A stretch of 64,000 nucleotides of DNA from a bacterium (GCA_965218795.1 OZ244653.1:4576001-4640000); one strand, 5' to 3'. Positions 20,347 to 31,103 are shown, counted from the stretch's first letter. Numbers and translations: made by a program. Notes: a model not told the origin generated them from the sequence alone.

Positions 20347-22029
20347 GCAACCCGTCCCTTTCAGCCGGATCCGTCACATTCGCAACTGTCGGAATGGCCT
20401 GGATCAACATATTCGCGACGGCTATCGAATCGGCGTCCGCCGCCGGCTCGCACATATAGCCGATCTTGTACATGTTTTCCGCGTCCGCAGTGTTGGTATA
20501 GAGGATGGTTTCAGGTATCCCCATGAGATAGCCGGCGTAGCGCCAAACACTCATAACACTCTCTTTCTCTTCCTTGCTGAATCTCGCGCCCACCGCCAAG
20601 GAGTATTCCAACAGACGCTTGGAAAAGACGGAGATGGCGAAACCCAGGTGCGCCGCGCTTACCGGCGTGCCCCAGGCTTCGTGATTCCAATCGTCGGATT
20701 CCGCCAGCAGACCCCTGATTCGAGAATGAATGAAGCGGATGCGCGTGGACAGCTTCCATCCATCGCCATTTCTGTGCAAGCCGCCGGGGAAAAATATTTC
20801 CAGCATGTGGCGGTTATTCTGCTGGAGGCGTCTTTTGGTCGACGCCACTCGCCCGGTAATCTTGAAAGACTTGGCGATCATTGTCGAAAAGCCTTCCACC
20901 AGCACCCCCGTAACGAATGCGACGAGCATGAGGTCTACGTTTACGTGGAAGGCGTGAATCCCCGGACGAAAGGATTCGTAATCGAGCCAGGGAGGTCCTT
21001 CTTCAAGATTTTTGAAGAAATCGCGCAGGGGCTGCGGTGCTTGGCGCAGAACCTCATCCTGCCGGTCTATGCCGGCTCCGATGAACCGGTGCAGCTCGTC
21101 AGGAGGCAAGGAGGAGAGTTCCTCCATAATCGGGTCCAACCCAGGGTCGCCAATGGTGGTGTGCTTGACATAGTTGTCGGCATCGGTTTGATTGTAGAGG
21201 CGGGCTTTCTTGTAACCCTCGGCGTACGCTAAAGGTATTTGTTCCACCTCACATCCTCCTGGGAGTCTGTCAGACTCGGTGAGCGATCTCCTCACGTAAT
21301 CAATAAGTTATCACAGACGTGTAGCGAATATCGCATACAAATTGATTGATCAATCCCGTCAAATGAACCAGTCAGCCAACCCCATACACTTCAGTCGGAG
21401 AAAAGTTCAAGAACTGCGGACCCAGATCCGCCCATTGCCAGGGAAACTGAAACGGGTCGGCGAGTTCGTCGCCGCCTTGGTCATCAGAGGTCGCGACGGC
21501 CAGCCCCAGGGCGAGGACGCCCATACAGCGCTCACTCACGCCCCGCTTCTTGTCTAGGTCTGAAGTCTGAAGTCTGGAGCGTATCATATTCATGAAATGC
21601 GAACAAGGCTGGGACGGACTAACAATCACTTGGAATGCTTCATGGGGTTGAGCGTTGGCGCGTGCCATTGTGGATAGCTTCGGAGCGATCACTCTACTCA
21701 AACCCGTGACCCGTTCGACTTGAAGCGCAGGGGCTGGCGGTTCTCGATAACCACCCAACCGTAGACTCCTATCAATATAATGTATTACATGAGGGTACGC
21801 AATGTAGTACGTGCAGTTATTTATTCGGGTGTTCTTTCCTTTGCTTCTGGCGATGTCTGCCCTTTCCCTCTGACTGACGCCAGGCCTTTTTTCCCGGATT
21901 CCCGTTGCAGCCTGCCCTCGACTAAAGCCTTCGGGGACAGGCTCAATCCGGTCACCCCTGCGTGCCCCCCGCCAAAAGCTCGCGGGGGCAGGCTCTGGGC
22001 AGGGGTCCACATCCCCGAGTGTATGCCGT

Positions 22030-22200
22030 TTTTTTTTGGATCTCCCCTGTCCTCGCAGGTCGATGCGTTTACCCATCTTGCTTGCAGCTTCCTCGATGAA
22101 TCGAGTACTCCCGGTGAGTTGTCCACGCTGCACCGCTTGTCGGATGAGCGTCCATTTCGTCTCCGGTACGGCGTCTGAAGAATAAATCCGTCCCCTTTTC
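22030..22200 (-). pseudogene. RAYT-type transposase C-terminal remnant
   Basis: KWTLIRQAVQRGQLTGSTRFIEE...GKRIDLRGQGR; flanked by palindromic repeats (21894-22010, 22285-22310). Confidence 0.6.
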
Positions 22201-22364
22201 TCTGCCTGGATTTCTGCTTGCTCAGGAGTGACCCTCGCCTGAAACCGCGGGGCGGGCTCGCTGGGGGACCGGCATGGTTCTGGTTGTCATTCCCGCGCAA
22301 GCGGGAATCCATTCCCCGACCTGAGCAGGGCCAGGCCCCCGCGAGCATCGATCGGAGGAAAGCG

Positions 22365-24143
22365 CTATGGGAGGACGGGAACGATCCTGTGCGCGCGGAC
22401 GTCCACGAGCCCTCGATCTGTCAGGCCGCACTCCGGAATGGTGGGAAGAGACACGAACGATAACGTCATGAAGGGGTTCGGAAGCGTGCAGCCCAAGCTG
22501 CGCGCGGCGGCCTTCAGTTCATTGAGACGCCTGACGACCTCGCTGACCGGGCGGTCGGAAAGCAAGCCGGCAATGGGGAGGGGGAGTCGCGCCAGGGCTT
22601 TCCCGCCATTGATGACAATCAGCCCGCCTTGCATCTTCCGAAGCTGTTGGATTGCTTCGAGGATTTCATCGTCCGATGCCCCGACCACAATCAGGTTGTG
22701 GTGATCATGGGCGACGGAGGACCCCATGGCTCCCGATTTCAAACCGAAGCCCCGGACAAGGGCGGTTCCGACGTTCCCGTGTCCGCTGTGCCGATCGACG
22801 GCCGCGATCTTCAGGATGTCCCGTCCGGTATCCGGATGAACCCCGCCTTCCTGAACCTTCACCTTGTGACTGCACATTCGAGTCGTTGGAAGGGTGGGAT
22901 GAACCTCGATGACTCGCGCAGCCGTGACGCCGTCCGCCAACTTTTTTCCTATCGAAATCTGCCGAGGCCTGATGCCTCCTGGGGGGAGCCGCACGGAGCT
23001 GACGGTCCAGGCAGGAGGTTTCCTCTCTTCTTGAAGGCGCCGGACCGGACCGCCTCCCTTCCACACGGGTTCGCCGCCCACGAGGACGCCCTGTACATCG
23101 AACTTCTTCAGACTTTTCACCAGAACGATGTCTGCCAGCCGACCCGGGGTCAGGGCCCCCAGATCTTTCTCCAAACCATAATGCGCCGCGCAGTTCCACG
23201 TCGCGCAACGAATCGCCTCGATGGGGTCCATCCCCAGGCGGACGGCCTCGCGAACGTGATGATCGATGTCCCCCTCGGATACGAGGTCATCGGGGTGCTT
23301 ATCATCCGTGCAGAAGCAGAGCCGATCGGTGGAGAGACCTTCCTTGAGGATCCTGGGGAGGATTTCATGCAGGCTTCTCTCCGTGGATCCTTCCCGGAGA
23401 AAGACGGTCATCCCGAGACGGAGACGATCGCGAACTTCTTCAAACGTCGTGCTCTCGTGGTCGTCCCGGATGCCGAGCGTTTGCAGGCAGGCCACATCCT
23501 CGCCCAGGACGTGCGGCGCGTGTCCGGCCAGAATTTTTCCGGTCGGCCGCGTCCAGCGGAGGAGGCGATGCTGCCTCGGGTCCTCTGCCAGCAAACGATC
23601 CCCATTGAACTCGCCGAAGGCGACCACCCCCGGCCATCGGGCCATCGCCTCGACCTCGGAACGGCCGAATTCGGCGCCGGAGGTCTCAAGGAGCGGGGCT
23701 GTGGGCACCTTGCAGGGGGCGATGAGAAACAGGCGGATGGGAAGCTTACCCGCATCGCGCAACATCCACCGGACGCCCTTGAGCCCCAGGACATTGGCGA
23801 TCTCATGCGGGTTCGCAAAAAATGTCGTGGTTCCGCCGGGCAGGACGGCCTCGGCGAATCGAGCCAGCGTCAGGAGCGTCGCCTCCGTGTGGAGGTGGGC
23901 GTCCATCAATCCCGGAACTGCGAAAGCCCTGTTCGCGTTGAGGATTTCGCGCCCGTTGCCTTTGCCGCTCGCCGCAATTCTCTGGATTCGGTCTCCAGCG
24001 ATTTCGATATCGGCGGGGTAGATTTCCCGAGAGAGAACGTTGACCAGCCGGCAATTCCGAATGACCCAATCCACCGGCTTTCCGGATGTCCGGCGAAGCC
24101 CCGTCTTGCGTGCGTGAGCGGACTTTGTGAGAGATGCCGTCAT
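22365..24143 (-). CDS. ade: Adenine deaminase
   Basis: DAHLHTE, NPHEIANVLG, GHAP, DDHES, REGS, CTDDKHP, SSVAHDHHN, LPLPIAGLLS. Confidence 0.92.
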   Translation of the reverse strand: MTASLTKSAHARKTGLRRTSGKPVDWVIRNCRLVNVLSREIYPADIEIAGDRIQRIAASGKGNGREILNANRAFAVPGLMDAHLHTEATLLTLARFAEAVLPGGTTTFFANPHEIANVLGLKGVRWMLRDAGKLPIRLFLIAPCKVPTAPLLETSGAEFGRSEVEAMARWPGVVAFGEFNGDRLLAEDPRQHRLLRWTRPTGKILAGHAPHVLGEDVACLQTLGIRDDHESTTFEEVRDRLRLGMTVFLREGSTERSLHEILPRILKEGLSTDRLCFCTDDKHPDDLVSEGDIDHHVREAVRLGMDPIEAIRCATWNCAAHYGLEKDLGALTPGRLADIVLVKSLKKFDVQGVLVGGEPVWKGGGPVRRLQEERKPPAWTVSSVRLPPGGIRPRQISIGKKLADGVTAARVIEVHPTLPTTRMCSHKVKVQEGGVHPDTGRDILKIAAVDRHSGHGNVGTALVRGFGLKSGAMGSSVAHDHHNLIVVGASDDEILEAIQQLRKMQGGLIVINGGKALARLPLPIAGLLSDRPVSEVVRRLNELKAAARSLGCTLPNPFMTLSFVSLPTIPECGLTDRGLVDVRAHRIVPVLP

Positions 24144-24249
24144 CCTTGGATTGTATAGCAATTTATTGTTTCAAACCTTTAATCACTTCCACATTGAGGG
24201 GAGTCGGCGAGACGGTGCTGATCCCCCCTCCCCCTCAAGGGAGGAGGAA

Positions 24250-24957
24250 TCAGAGGATGCGCTGGCGCGCCGGTGGGGGGGGATCGAATTCACGGGGCAA
24301 CAACCGGCCTTCCTCCATCCGGATCGGATCCACCCGGCACGCTTCAGCCAGCCCGTGATGATGCGTCGTGAAAATCAGGGATCGATGGCTCGATGAAATC
24401 CGCTCCATCACCTGTTCGACGCAGGCGCAGCTCTCGGCGTCCAGGTTGGAGGCGGGCTCGTCGAGCAGCAACACCTCAGGCTCCGGAGCGAGGGCGCGGG
24501 CGAGGGCCACCCGCTGGGCCTCTCCTCCCGAAAGGCCGTTGACCTTCCTCTCCTCGAATCCTGCAAGCCCGACCTCGTCGAGGACCCGCGAGGCCCTGCG
24601 AGTACTCTCCCGACGGCTCACGCCGCGCGCGCGAAGGCCGTAAGCGACGTTGAATAGAACAGTCCCCCGAAAGAGCCAGGGTGACTGCATCATCAGTGTC
24701 ATCTTTCGCCGGGATTCAATCTGCCGACCGTTCGTCGGAACCGGACGTCCCTCAAACCGAACCCCTCCCCGCGTGGGGATCAATAGACCGGCCAGGATGG
24801 AGATCAGCGTTGTCTTCCCGGCCCCGTTGGGGCCGACGAAGGCATAAGTCGCTCCCGCTTCCAGGGAAAGAGATGGAACATCGAGGGCGATTTTTTGGTC
24901 CACGGGCCGATCGCCGAAGATCACCCTCACCCCATCGAGGTCGAACAAATGACTCAT
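24250..24957 (-). CDS. tupC: Tungstate ABC transporter ATP-binding protein
   Basis: GPNGAGKT, LSGGEAQR, LLLDEP; downstream of tupB. Confidence 0.85.
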   Translation of the reverse strand: MSHLFDLDGVRVIFGDRPVDQKIALDVPSLSLEAGATYAFVGPNGAGKTTLISILAGLLIPTRGGVRFEGRPVPTNGRQIESRRKMTLMMQSPWLFRGTVLFNVAYGLRARGVSRRESTRRASRVLDEVGLAGFEERKVNGLSGGEAQRVALARALAPEPEVLLLDEPASNLDAESCACVEQVMERISSSHRSLIFTTHHHGLAEACRVDPIRMEEGRLLPREFDPPPPARQRIL

Positions 24958-25652
24958 CCCTTCATCACCTTGGCATGGAGGAAGCGCAACATCACGTTCA
25001 ACGCGACCACGAGGACCATGAGAATAAAGCCCAGGGCAATCCCGAACCCGAACTCGCCTTGAGCCGTCTCTAATGCAATGGCCGTGGTCAATGTCCGGGT
25101 ATACCCGCGAATGTTCCCCCCCAGCATCATGGCGACCCCCACTTCCGCCACAACACGACCAAACGCGGCCAGGATCGCCGCCATGACGCCGTACCGGGCT
25201 TCGGCCAGGACCGTCCTGGCGGTACGGAACGGACCCGCTCCCAGCGTAAAGGCCGTCAGACGAACCCGGGGATCCATTTCCTTCACTGCGGCCAGGACAA
25301 AAGCGGCGACGATAGGCGTCGCCAGGATGACCAGGCCGACGATGACTCCCTCTGGCGTAAAGAGAAGTCCAAGCCCGCCCAACAATCCCCGCCGGGAGAG
25401 AAACGCGTACGCCACGAGCGCGACCACAACGGTGGGGAGGCCCAAAAGGGCGTTGACCACCGTGATCGCTGTCTCTCTTCCTCGGAACTCGCGGACTGCC
25501 AGCAGATATCCGACCGGCAGGCCGAAAGCGCTGGCCGCCAGCGTGCTCCACCACGCCAGGTAGAGCGACGTCCCGGCCGCCGATACGACCTCGGGGTCCG
25601 CCCGCAGGATCAAACGGACCGCTCCGAATATTCCTTCCGACAAGAATTCCAT
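24954..25652 (-). CDS. tupB: Tungstate ABC transporter permease
   Basis: LPTVVV, FGRVVAEVGVAMMLGGNIRGYTRTLTTAIALET. Confidence 0.92.
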   Translation of the reverse strand: MEFLSEGIFGAVRLILRADPEVVSAAGTSLYLAWWSTLAASAFGLPVGYLLAVREFRGRETAITVVNALLGLPTVVVALVAYAFLSRRGLLGGLGLLFTPEGVIVGLVILATPIVAAFVLAAVKEMDPRVRLTAFTLGAGPFRTARTVLAEARYGVMAAILAAFGRVVAEVGVAMMLGGNIRGYTRTLTTAIALETAQGEFGFGIALGFILMVLVVALNVMLRFLHAKVMKG

Positions 25653-25660
25653 GCGAGAAT

Positions 25661-26497
25661 TTACGGGAGCGTCGCAGGAGTAAAAAGCGACTGCCCGGAA
25701 ACCGTGAACGCCCGGATGATCGCCTGTCCCCGGGGGGCGTTCACGTACTCGATGAGCGCCAGGGCCATCCGATGGCGGACGTGGGGATGACGGCTCGGGT
25801 TCACGGCGATGATCCCATAGGGGTTGAACAGGCGCGGATCCCCTTCCAGCAGAACCTCGAGGCCGATTTTGTCCCGAAAGGCGAGATAGGTTCCACGGTC
25901 GGAGAGGGTATAAGCCCGCCGCTCATCGGCGATGAGCAGGGTCTTCCCCATCCCCTGTCCGACTTCAAGGTACCAGGCCCCGGTGGGATGGCGTCCCGTC
26001 TTCTCCCACAATCGGCGCTCCTTTCGATGTGTCCCGGATTCATCCCCCCGGGAGACGAATGCAGCGCCCTTTTCCTTGATGAGGGACAAAGCCCTCACCG
26101 CATCCCGGGTCCTCCGGATCCCGGCGGGATCCTCCGAAGGACCCAGGACGACAAAATCATTGTACATGAACTGTCGCCGGTTGACCCCATGACCCTCTTG
26201 CACGAATCGGGTTTCCGCGTCCGGGGCGTGGACCATCACCACATCCACGTCGCCGTTTCGGCCGAGTTCCAGGGCCTTGCCCGTCCCTGCGGGGATCACA
26301 TCGACTCGGACACCGTGAGTCTTTTCGAAGGGCGGCAGGAGCAACCGCAGCAGACCGGAGTTGGCCGTGCTGGTTGTGGTCGCCAGGCGTATGCGGTCCT
26401 GCGCCTGAACCCCTTCGCCGAAGCTTCCGGCAAGAACCAGGTTGAAGCCCAAGGAGGTTGTGAGCAGCATCCATTTGAAGAATCGACTGAGGTTCAA
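25661..26497 (-). CDS. tupA: Tungstate ABC transporter substrate-binding protein
   Basis: ATTTSTANSGLL, GTGKAL, MYNDFV, FVSRGDESGTH, GQGMG, YTLSDRGT. Confidence 0.93.
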   Translation of the reverse strand: MNLSRFFKWMLLTTSLGFNLVLAGSFGEGVQAQDRIRLATTTSTANSGLLRLLLPPFEKTHGVRVDVIPAGTGKALELGRNGDVDVVMVHAPDAETRFVQEGHGVNRRQFMYNDFVVLGPSEDPAGIRRTRDAVRALSLIKEKGAAFVSRGDESGTHRKERRLWEKTGRHPTGAWYLEVGQGMGKTLLIADERRAYTLSDRGTYLAFRDKIGLEVLLEGDPRLFNPYGIIAVNPSRHPHVRHRMALALIEYVNAPRGQAIIRAFTVSGQSLFTPATLP

Positions 26498-26706
26498 TCA
26501 CGCCTCCTGTTCGCTCAAGAGGGGCTCAAAACGCTGTCGTCGGGCGATTCGGCCGCTCATTCTCCGATTTCGGGCGAGCCTCATGTTTCTTTTTGAGCGC
26601 CCTGTCTTGGCGCCCCTTGGCGAAATTCCCGCAGACCCTCCAGAAACCCGCGAGCAGCTTGAGACGTCATGGAAATCGGGTGGAGCCGAATCTGTTGAGG
26701 GGCAGG

Positions 26707-27010
26707 GTTGAGAAGGGGAGGGCGCGATGAGCGATTCTGGCTCGAATCTTCGAGCGTTTCGCCGACTTTTTCGAGCAGCTCCTTCTGACTGAAAGGTCTC
26801 CCCATGTAAGCAACGATGGGCAGATGGTTCATCTCCTCGTCCACCACCAGATTACGGATAGCCTGTGATCAGAATAACAGGACATCTTTCGCGATATCCG
26901 GAAGCGCGTGAAAGAACTCCAGCTTGGAATTGCGCGGCGTTTTGACGCCGGCAGTCAGGAGATCGAGCGAAAAATGGGTGGGCTTCTCTGTAGCCGACTT
27001 GCCGTCGGCC
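26707..27010 (-). pseudogene. Degenerate response-regulator receiver fragment
   Basis: Frameshifted pieces DLLTAGVKTP..., ILITGY, AYMGRPFSQKELLEKVGETL. Confidence 0.45.
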
Positions 27011-27096
27011 GCTGCATCGCATCGGCAGCCGTTTCTATCTTTTATTCACCGTCTCATTGTCTTGAGGATAAAATACTTGTTTCTCCTCAGAATCTC

Positions 27097-28404
27097 CTAC
27101 GCCTCCACGCCGCACCACCGTACCAAGAGGATGGCGAACATCTTGATAGCGGTCACGTAGGACTCGACGTCCACCCATTCATCCGGGCCGTGCCCCCCCC
27201 CGCCAAGCGGCCCGATATTCGCCGTCGCCATTCCCCCGTACAAGGCCGGCACCCGCATGTCGCTGCCGACGGGCGTCGCGCCGAGATGGGTCTTTTCCCC
27301 CGTGACGGATTCGATACTCCCCTGTATCGCCTTGACGAAAGGGTGTTCAGGATCACTCCGCGAAGGGCTGAACCTCATCGGAAGCCAATCGACCTCCGGC
27401 GGGTTCTCTCTCAGCCATGGGTCCGCCGCCGCGGCGGCCCGGATCGTATCCTCGATTCGCCGGACGTTGTCATCGAGGGATTCGTTGTTCGGAAAGGTGT
27501 ACACCCAGTCCATTTCGCAGGAGGGGGGCACCTGATATAACCACCCGCCTCCGTGACAGGCGCTCAGGTACAGATTGGCCGCCCGGACGGGCCGGCCGCT
27601 CTGGTAGAAGCTGTTCTCGGTCAACCCTTCCCGGCTGTTCACCCCGATATGACGGTCGAGTTCCTGGAGGGCCTCCGCAATGCGCCAGGCTTTCTCGATG
27701 GCGTTGACGCCCAGGTGGGCCTGGAACCCGTGGGTGGTCTTCCCTTGTACTTTCACCCGGAAGGAGAGCACGCCGGAAGAGGCGATCCAGACCATCGTGG
27801 GTTTCCCTTCGCCGGGATGCGGGTGGATTCCGGCGTCCGTCCGGAATCCCTGTTCAATGCAGGCCAGGATGCCGCCGCCGCCCCCGATCTCCTCCTCGAT
27901 GTTACTCACGCATAATACGTCTCCCTTGAGCCGGATTCCCGCGCCCATGCAGGCCTTGACCGCCAGGAACGAAGCCGCCATACCCGCTTTCATGTCGGCC
28001 GTTCCCAGACCATACATGCGGCCGTCCTCAATCTCCGCGGCGAACGGGTCGTGGGTCCACTCATCGCCGGGCGGGACCGTATCGATGTGCGCGAAGTACA
28101 TGATGGAGCGTCCGCCGCCCGTCCCCCTGTACCGTCCGACGATGTTGGGGCGGTCTTCATAGTTGCCGACGTTGATTTCCGGATCCACCGGAATGAATTC
28201 CGGGTGGCCTTCCAGGGCCTTCAAGTCCGCAACGCACGATTCGACCTCCAATCCCATCTCGGCCAGGGATTGCGACAGGAATCCCTGTGCCGGACCTTCC
28301 TCACCGGTCAGACTGGGGATGCGGACCAGTTCCTGAAGAAAACGGATGCTTTCCTCTCGATGAGAATCGATCCATTCGATGATGCTGGATTCCTCGTTTG
28401 ACAT
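27097..28404 (-). CDS. ArgE/DapE-family (M20) deacylase
   Basis: AHIDTVP, YGLGTADMKAG, IEEEIGG, GHGPDEWV. Confidence 0.92.
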   Translation of the reverse strand: MSNEESSIIEWIDSHREESIRFLQELVRIPSLTGEEGPAQGFLSQSLAEMGLEVESCVADLKALEGHPEFIPVDPEINVGNYEDRPNIVGRYRGTGGGRSIMYFAHIDTVPPGDEWTHDPFAAEIEDGRMYGLGTADMKAGMAASFLAVKACMGAGIRLKGDVLCVSNIEEEIGGGGGILACIEQGFRTDAGIHPHPGEGKPTMVWIASSGVLSFRVKVQGKTTHGFQAHLGVNAIEKAWRIAEALQELDRHIGVNSREGLTENSFYQSGRPVRAANLYLSACHGGGWLYQVPPSCEMDWVYTFPNNESLDDNVRRIEDTIRAAAAADPWLRENPPEVDWLPMRFSPSRSDPEHPFVKAIQGSIESVTGEKTHLGATPVGSDMRVPALYGGMATANIGPLGGGGHGPDEWVDVESYVTAIKMFAILLVRWCGVEA

Positions 28405-28496
28405 GGTTCGATCACCCCTGACGGTCGATCATGACCTTGTGAGAGCGGTTTGGACTCACTGCAGGCCCAGCCACCCGGGGGACAACCCGACTCCGC

Positions 28497-29303
28497 TTAC
28501 AAGGCCATCCAACCTCCGTCGACAGGAAGCGTATGACCCGTGATCAGGCCGGAAGCGTCCGAAGCCAGGAAGGTGGCCGCGCCTTTGATCTCCTCGGGCC
28601 GGCCCCGCCTCTGCATCGGCATTCGATCGGTAATCTGTTCCCGCATCTTCCTCTTCCATTCCGTATCGTCGCCGGGCGCCGCAAGCCGGGTTTCAAAAAA
28701 TCCCGGCGCGATGGCGTTGACGCGGATCCCATCGCGGGCCCATTCCACGGCGAGTTGCCGCGTCAGATTGACCAGAGCCGCCTTGGAGGAGGCGTAGGCG
28801 GCCGCCGGCATACTCGCGCTTGCTCCCAGCCCCCAGACCGAGGCGATATTGACGATTGCGCCGCCCCGGCGTTTCATGATGGGATACACCGCTTGGCTGC
28901 AAAAGAAAGGGCCGTCTAGGTTAACGGCCAGTACGGCCCTCCAGTGCTCGGGCGTCATATCCTGAGCGGAATACGGGCCCCCGTGGCTTTTCCCCCCGAC
29001 TCCCGCGTTGTTGATGAGAACGTCGATCCTCCCCGTCGTTTCGGCGATCTCCTCGATCACCGAAGACACGGCTTCACGGTCGGAGACATCCATCAATCGA
29101 AAATGCGCCCGGTGCCCGGACTCTCGAAGGGCGCGGACCTTCTCCTCTCCCGATTCGGGGAGAAGGTCCGTCAGGATGACTTCCGCGCCCGCCTCGGCCA
29201 GGCCCTCGGCCATGGCCCAACCGAGTCCTCGCGCCGATCCGGTGACGAGCGCCACCTTCCCGTCCAAGCGGAAGATTTGCGGAAATGTGGGATGTGAGGC
29301 CAC
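28497..29303 (-). CDS. SDR family oxidoreductase
   Basis: TGSARGLG, NNAG, YASSK. Confidence 0.93.
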   Translation of the reverse strand: MASHPTFPQIFRLDGKVALVTGSARGLGWAMAEGLAEAGAEVILTDLLPESGEEKVRALRESGHRAHFRLMDVSDREAVSSVIEEIAETTGRIDVLINNAGVGGKSHGGPYSAQDMTPEHWRAVLAVNLDGPFFCSQAVYPIMKRRGGAIVNIASVWGLGASASMPAAAYASSKAALVNLTRQLAVEWARDGIRVNAIAPGFFETRLAAPGDDTEWKRKMREQITDRMPMQRRGRPEEIKGAATFLASDASGLITGHTLPVDGGWMAL

Positions 29304-29338
29304 CGGCTTCCTTTCCGGAAGGGTTCTCCCCTGAACGA

Positions 29339-30139
29339 CTACGCCTTGAGGAACTCCGCGACTCGGGCGGCGAACTCTTCGGGCATCTCCTGGTGGACCG
29401 AGTGGCCGCAGTTCTCGATAGAAACCAGCTCGGCATCTGCAATGCCGGAGGCGTAAGCCTCCCCGTGCGCCGGTGGAATCAGCCGGTCATCCGCCCCCCA
29501 CAGAATTCGGGTCGGGCAGGTGATCCGATAGAGCCGGCGGCGCAGCGCGGGATTGCAAAGAAGAGGATTCCACCCCAGGTGGGCCAGTGTGTACCGTCCC
29601 CGGTACAGCTCCTGCTCGATCTCCTGGGTCGGCTCGAAGGCGGCCATGGCGGCCGCCTTCTCGGGATTCGCGAACAGATAACCGGGCATCTCATCCGGCG
29701 CGAGGGCGAACAAATCGGTGATGGGAGACCCCTCCACCTGAAGCCCCGGTGCGGCCGAGAGAACGAGTTTTTCAATCCGTTCCGAGTGGGATACGGCAAA
29801 CTCCGCCGCCAGCCACCCGCCGAAGGACACGCCGACCAGGTTGACCTTATCCAAATGGAGATGGTCGAGTAGGTCAAGGTAATGAAAGACCATGTCGTCC
29901 ATACCGTCCAGCCAATCCGGCCGGTCGGACTGACCGAAACCCGGATGGTCGGGCGCCAGGACGTCGAACTCGGCCGCCAGATGCTCCAAGGCCTGGAGCC
30001 AGATGCCGGTCCGGCCCGCCCCGTGAAGAAAGAGCAGGGGAGGTCCTTCGCCCCCTCGGAGAAGACGGGTTTTGACGTCGCGAACCTGTATGAATTCTGT
30101 GGCGTAATCCGTTGCTTGACTCATCTCATGCTCCTGCAA
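29339..30139 (-). CDS. Alpha/beta hydrolase
   Basis: FLHGAG, DHPGFG, GVSFGG, WGADD, CGH. Confidence 0.92.
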   Translation of the reverse strand: MQEHEMSQATDYATEFIQVRDVKTRLLRGGEGPPLLFLHGAGRTGIWLQALEHLAAEFDVLAPDHPGFGQSDRPDWLDGMDDMVFHYLDLLDHLHLDKVNLVGVSFGGWLAAEFAVSHSERIEKLVLSAAPGLQVEGSPITDLFALAPDEMPGYLFANPEKAAAMAAFEPTQEIEQELYRGRYTLAHLGWNPLLCNPALRRRLYRITCPTRILWGADDRLIPPAHGEAYASGIADAELVSIENCGHSVHQEMPEEFAARVAEFLKA

Positions 30140-30224
30140 TGACGAAGAAGTTGTTGAAAGACCTCATGTTCACTGGATTCGCAGCGCCCATGAGGACCCG
30201 GGGGACGCGAACCCCGGGGCCATT

Positions 30225-31103
30225 TCAGGCGCCCAGCGTGATGGTCCAAATCCCCAACACAACGACACAGGTTGCGCCAACCAGCCGCAGCGTGATGCGT
30301 TCGCTCTTTCTCAATAAGAGCCAGGATAGAATCAGTGCAAACAGGGGCGTCGTGTTGATCAAGAATGCGATACGCGAGAGATTGCCCCGTAACAGCGAAT
30401 CAAAAATCAGAAATCGCCCGGCGAGGGCGATACACGCCGCTATTCCAAATAGAATCACGCCTTTCGGGTTCAGGCTGATGCGCTGCCCTCTTGGGAAGAT
30501 CGGCGCCATGAATGCGAGCCCAATGAGTCCTCCCAAAGCGGCGACCACGACTCCATAGGCCAAATCAGGAACGTGGATGAGGCCCAGCTTTCTAAGCGCC
30601 GGTGCCAAGCCGAAGGCAATTCCCGCCAACAGGGGGAACAGGTACTTTCGGATCTCCACCCGGCCTTCCAATTTCTCAACCGATATGGCGACGACACCGC
30701 CGACAATCAACAAGCCCCCAACCCAAAGCGTCCATCCGGGTCGTTCGCCCATGAAGGCGATCCCGAGGATCACACTGAAGAAGGGCGACGCGGATGAGAT
30801 TGCGGAGGTTCGTGAGACTCCGATCCGGCGGGTTCCCAAGAACAAAAAGGTGATTGCCAGACCCGGGTGAACCAAACCGGAGAGAAAGAACCAGAGAGAA
30901 CCCTCCCAAGAGATCGCTTCCATCGGAAACCGGCTGGCGAGCCACGGCCCCACCAGCACGACCGGGACGAGGGCGAAGAGGAGCGACCCCGTGAGTGGGG
31001 GGGACTCCCTTAATGCTCCCCTGGAGACGATGTGAGCCAGACTCAGGATGAACGCCGCCAGAAGCGCCGTCATCTCGGGATGCATATGGCTCAATAGGTC
31101 CAA
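30225..31103 (-). CDS. DMT/EamA family transporter
   Basis: Ten-TM repeat architecture; IGVSRTSAISSASPFFS. Confidence 0.88.
   Translation of the reverse strand: MDLLSHMHPEMTALLAAFILSLAHIVSRGALRESPPLTGSLLFALVPVVLVGPWLASRFPMEAISWEGSLWFFLSGLVHPGLAITFLFLGTRRIGVSRTSAISSASPFFSVILGIAFMGERPGWTLWVGGLLIVGGVVAISVEKLEGRVEIRKYLFPLLAGIAFGLAPALRKLGLIHVPDLAYGVVVAALGGLIGLAFMAPIFPRGQRISLNPKGVILFGIAACIALAGRFLIFDSLLRGNLSRIAFLINTTPLFALILSWLLLRKSERITLRLVGATCVVVLGIWTITLGA

Larger units (their letters stand above)
18912..21295 (-). pseudogene. Oxygenase MpaB/Lcp (DUF2236-like) family gene interrupted by IS630
   Basis: RIRFIHSRIR, WGTPVS, WRYAGYLMGIPE; removing the IS restores ...[14 protein letters not shown]... 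in frame to the stop at 18912. Confidence 0.85.

Noticed and set aside
21372-22133. 253-aa ORF as a gene
   Set aside because: Read-through of a RAYT tail, repeats and AT-rich intergenic DNA
24250-25554. 434-aa ABC ATPase
   Set aside because: The N-terminal part overlaps tupB out of frame; the likely start is 24957
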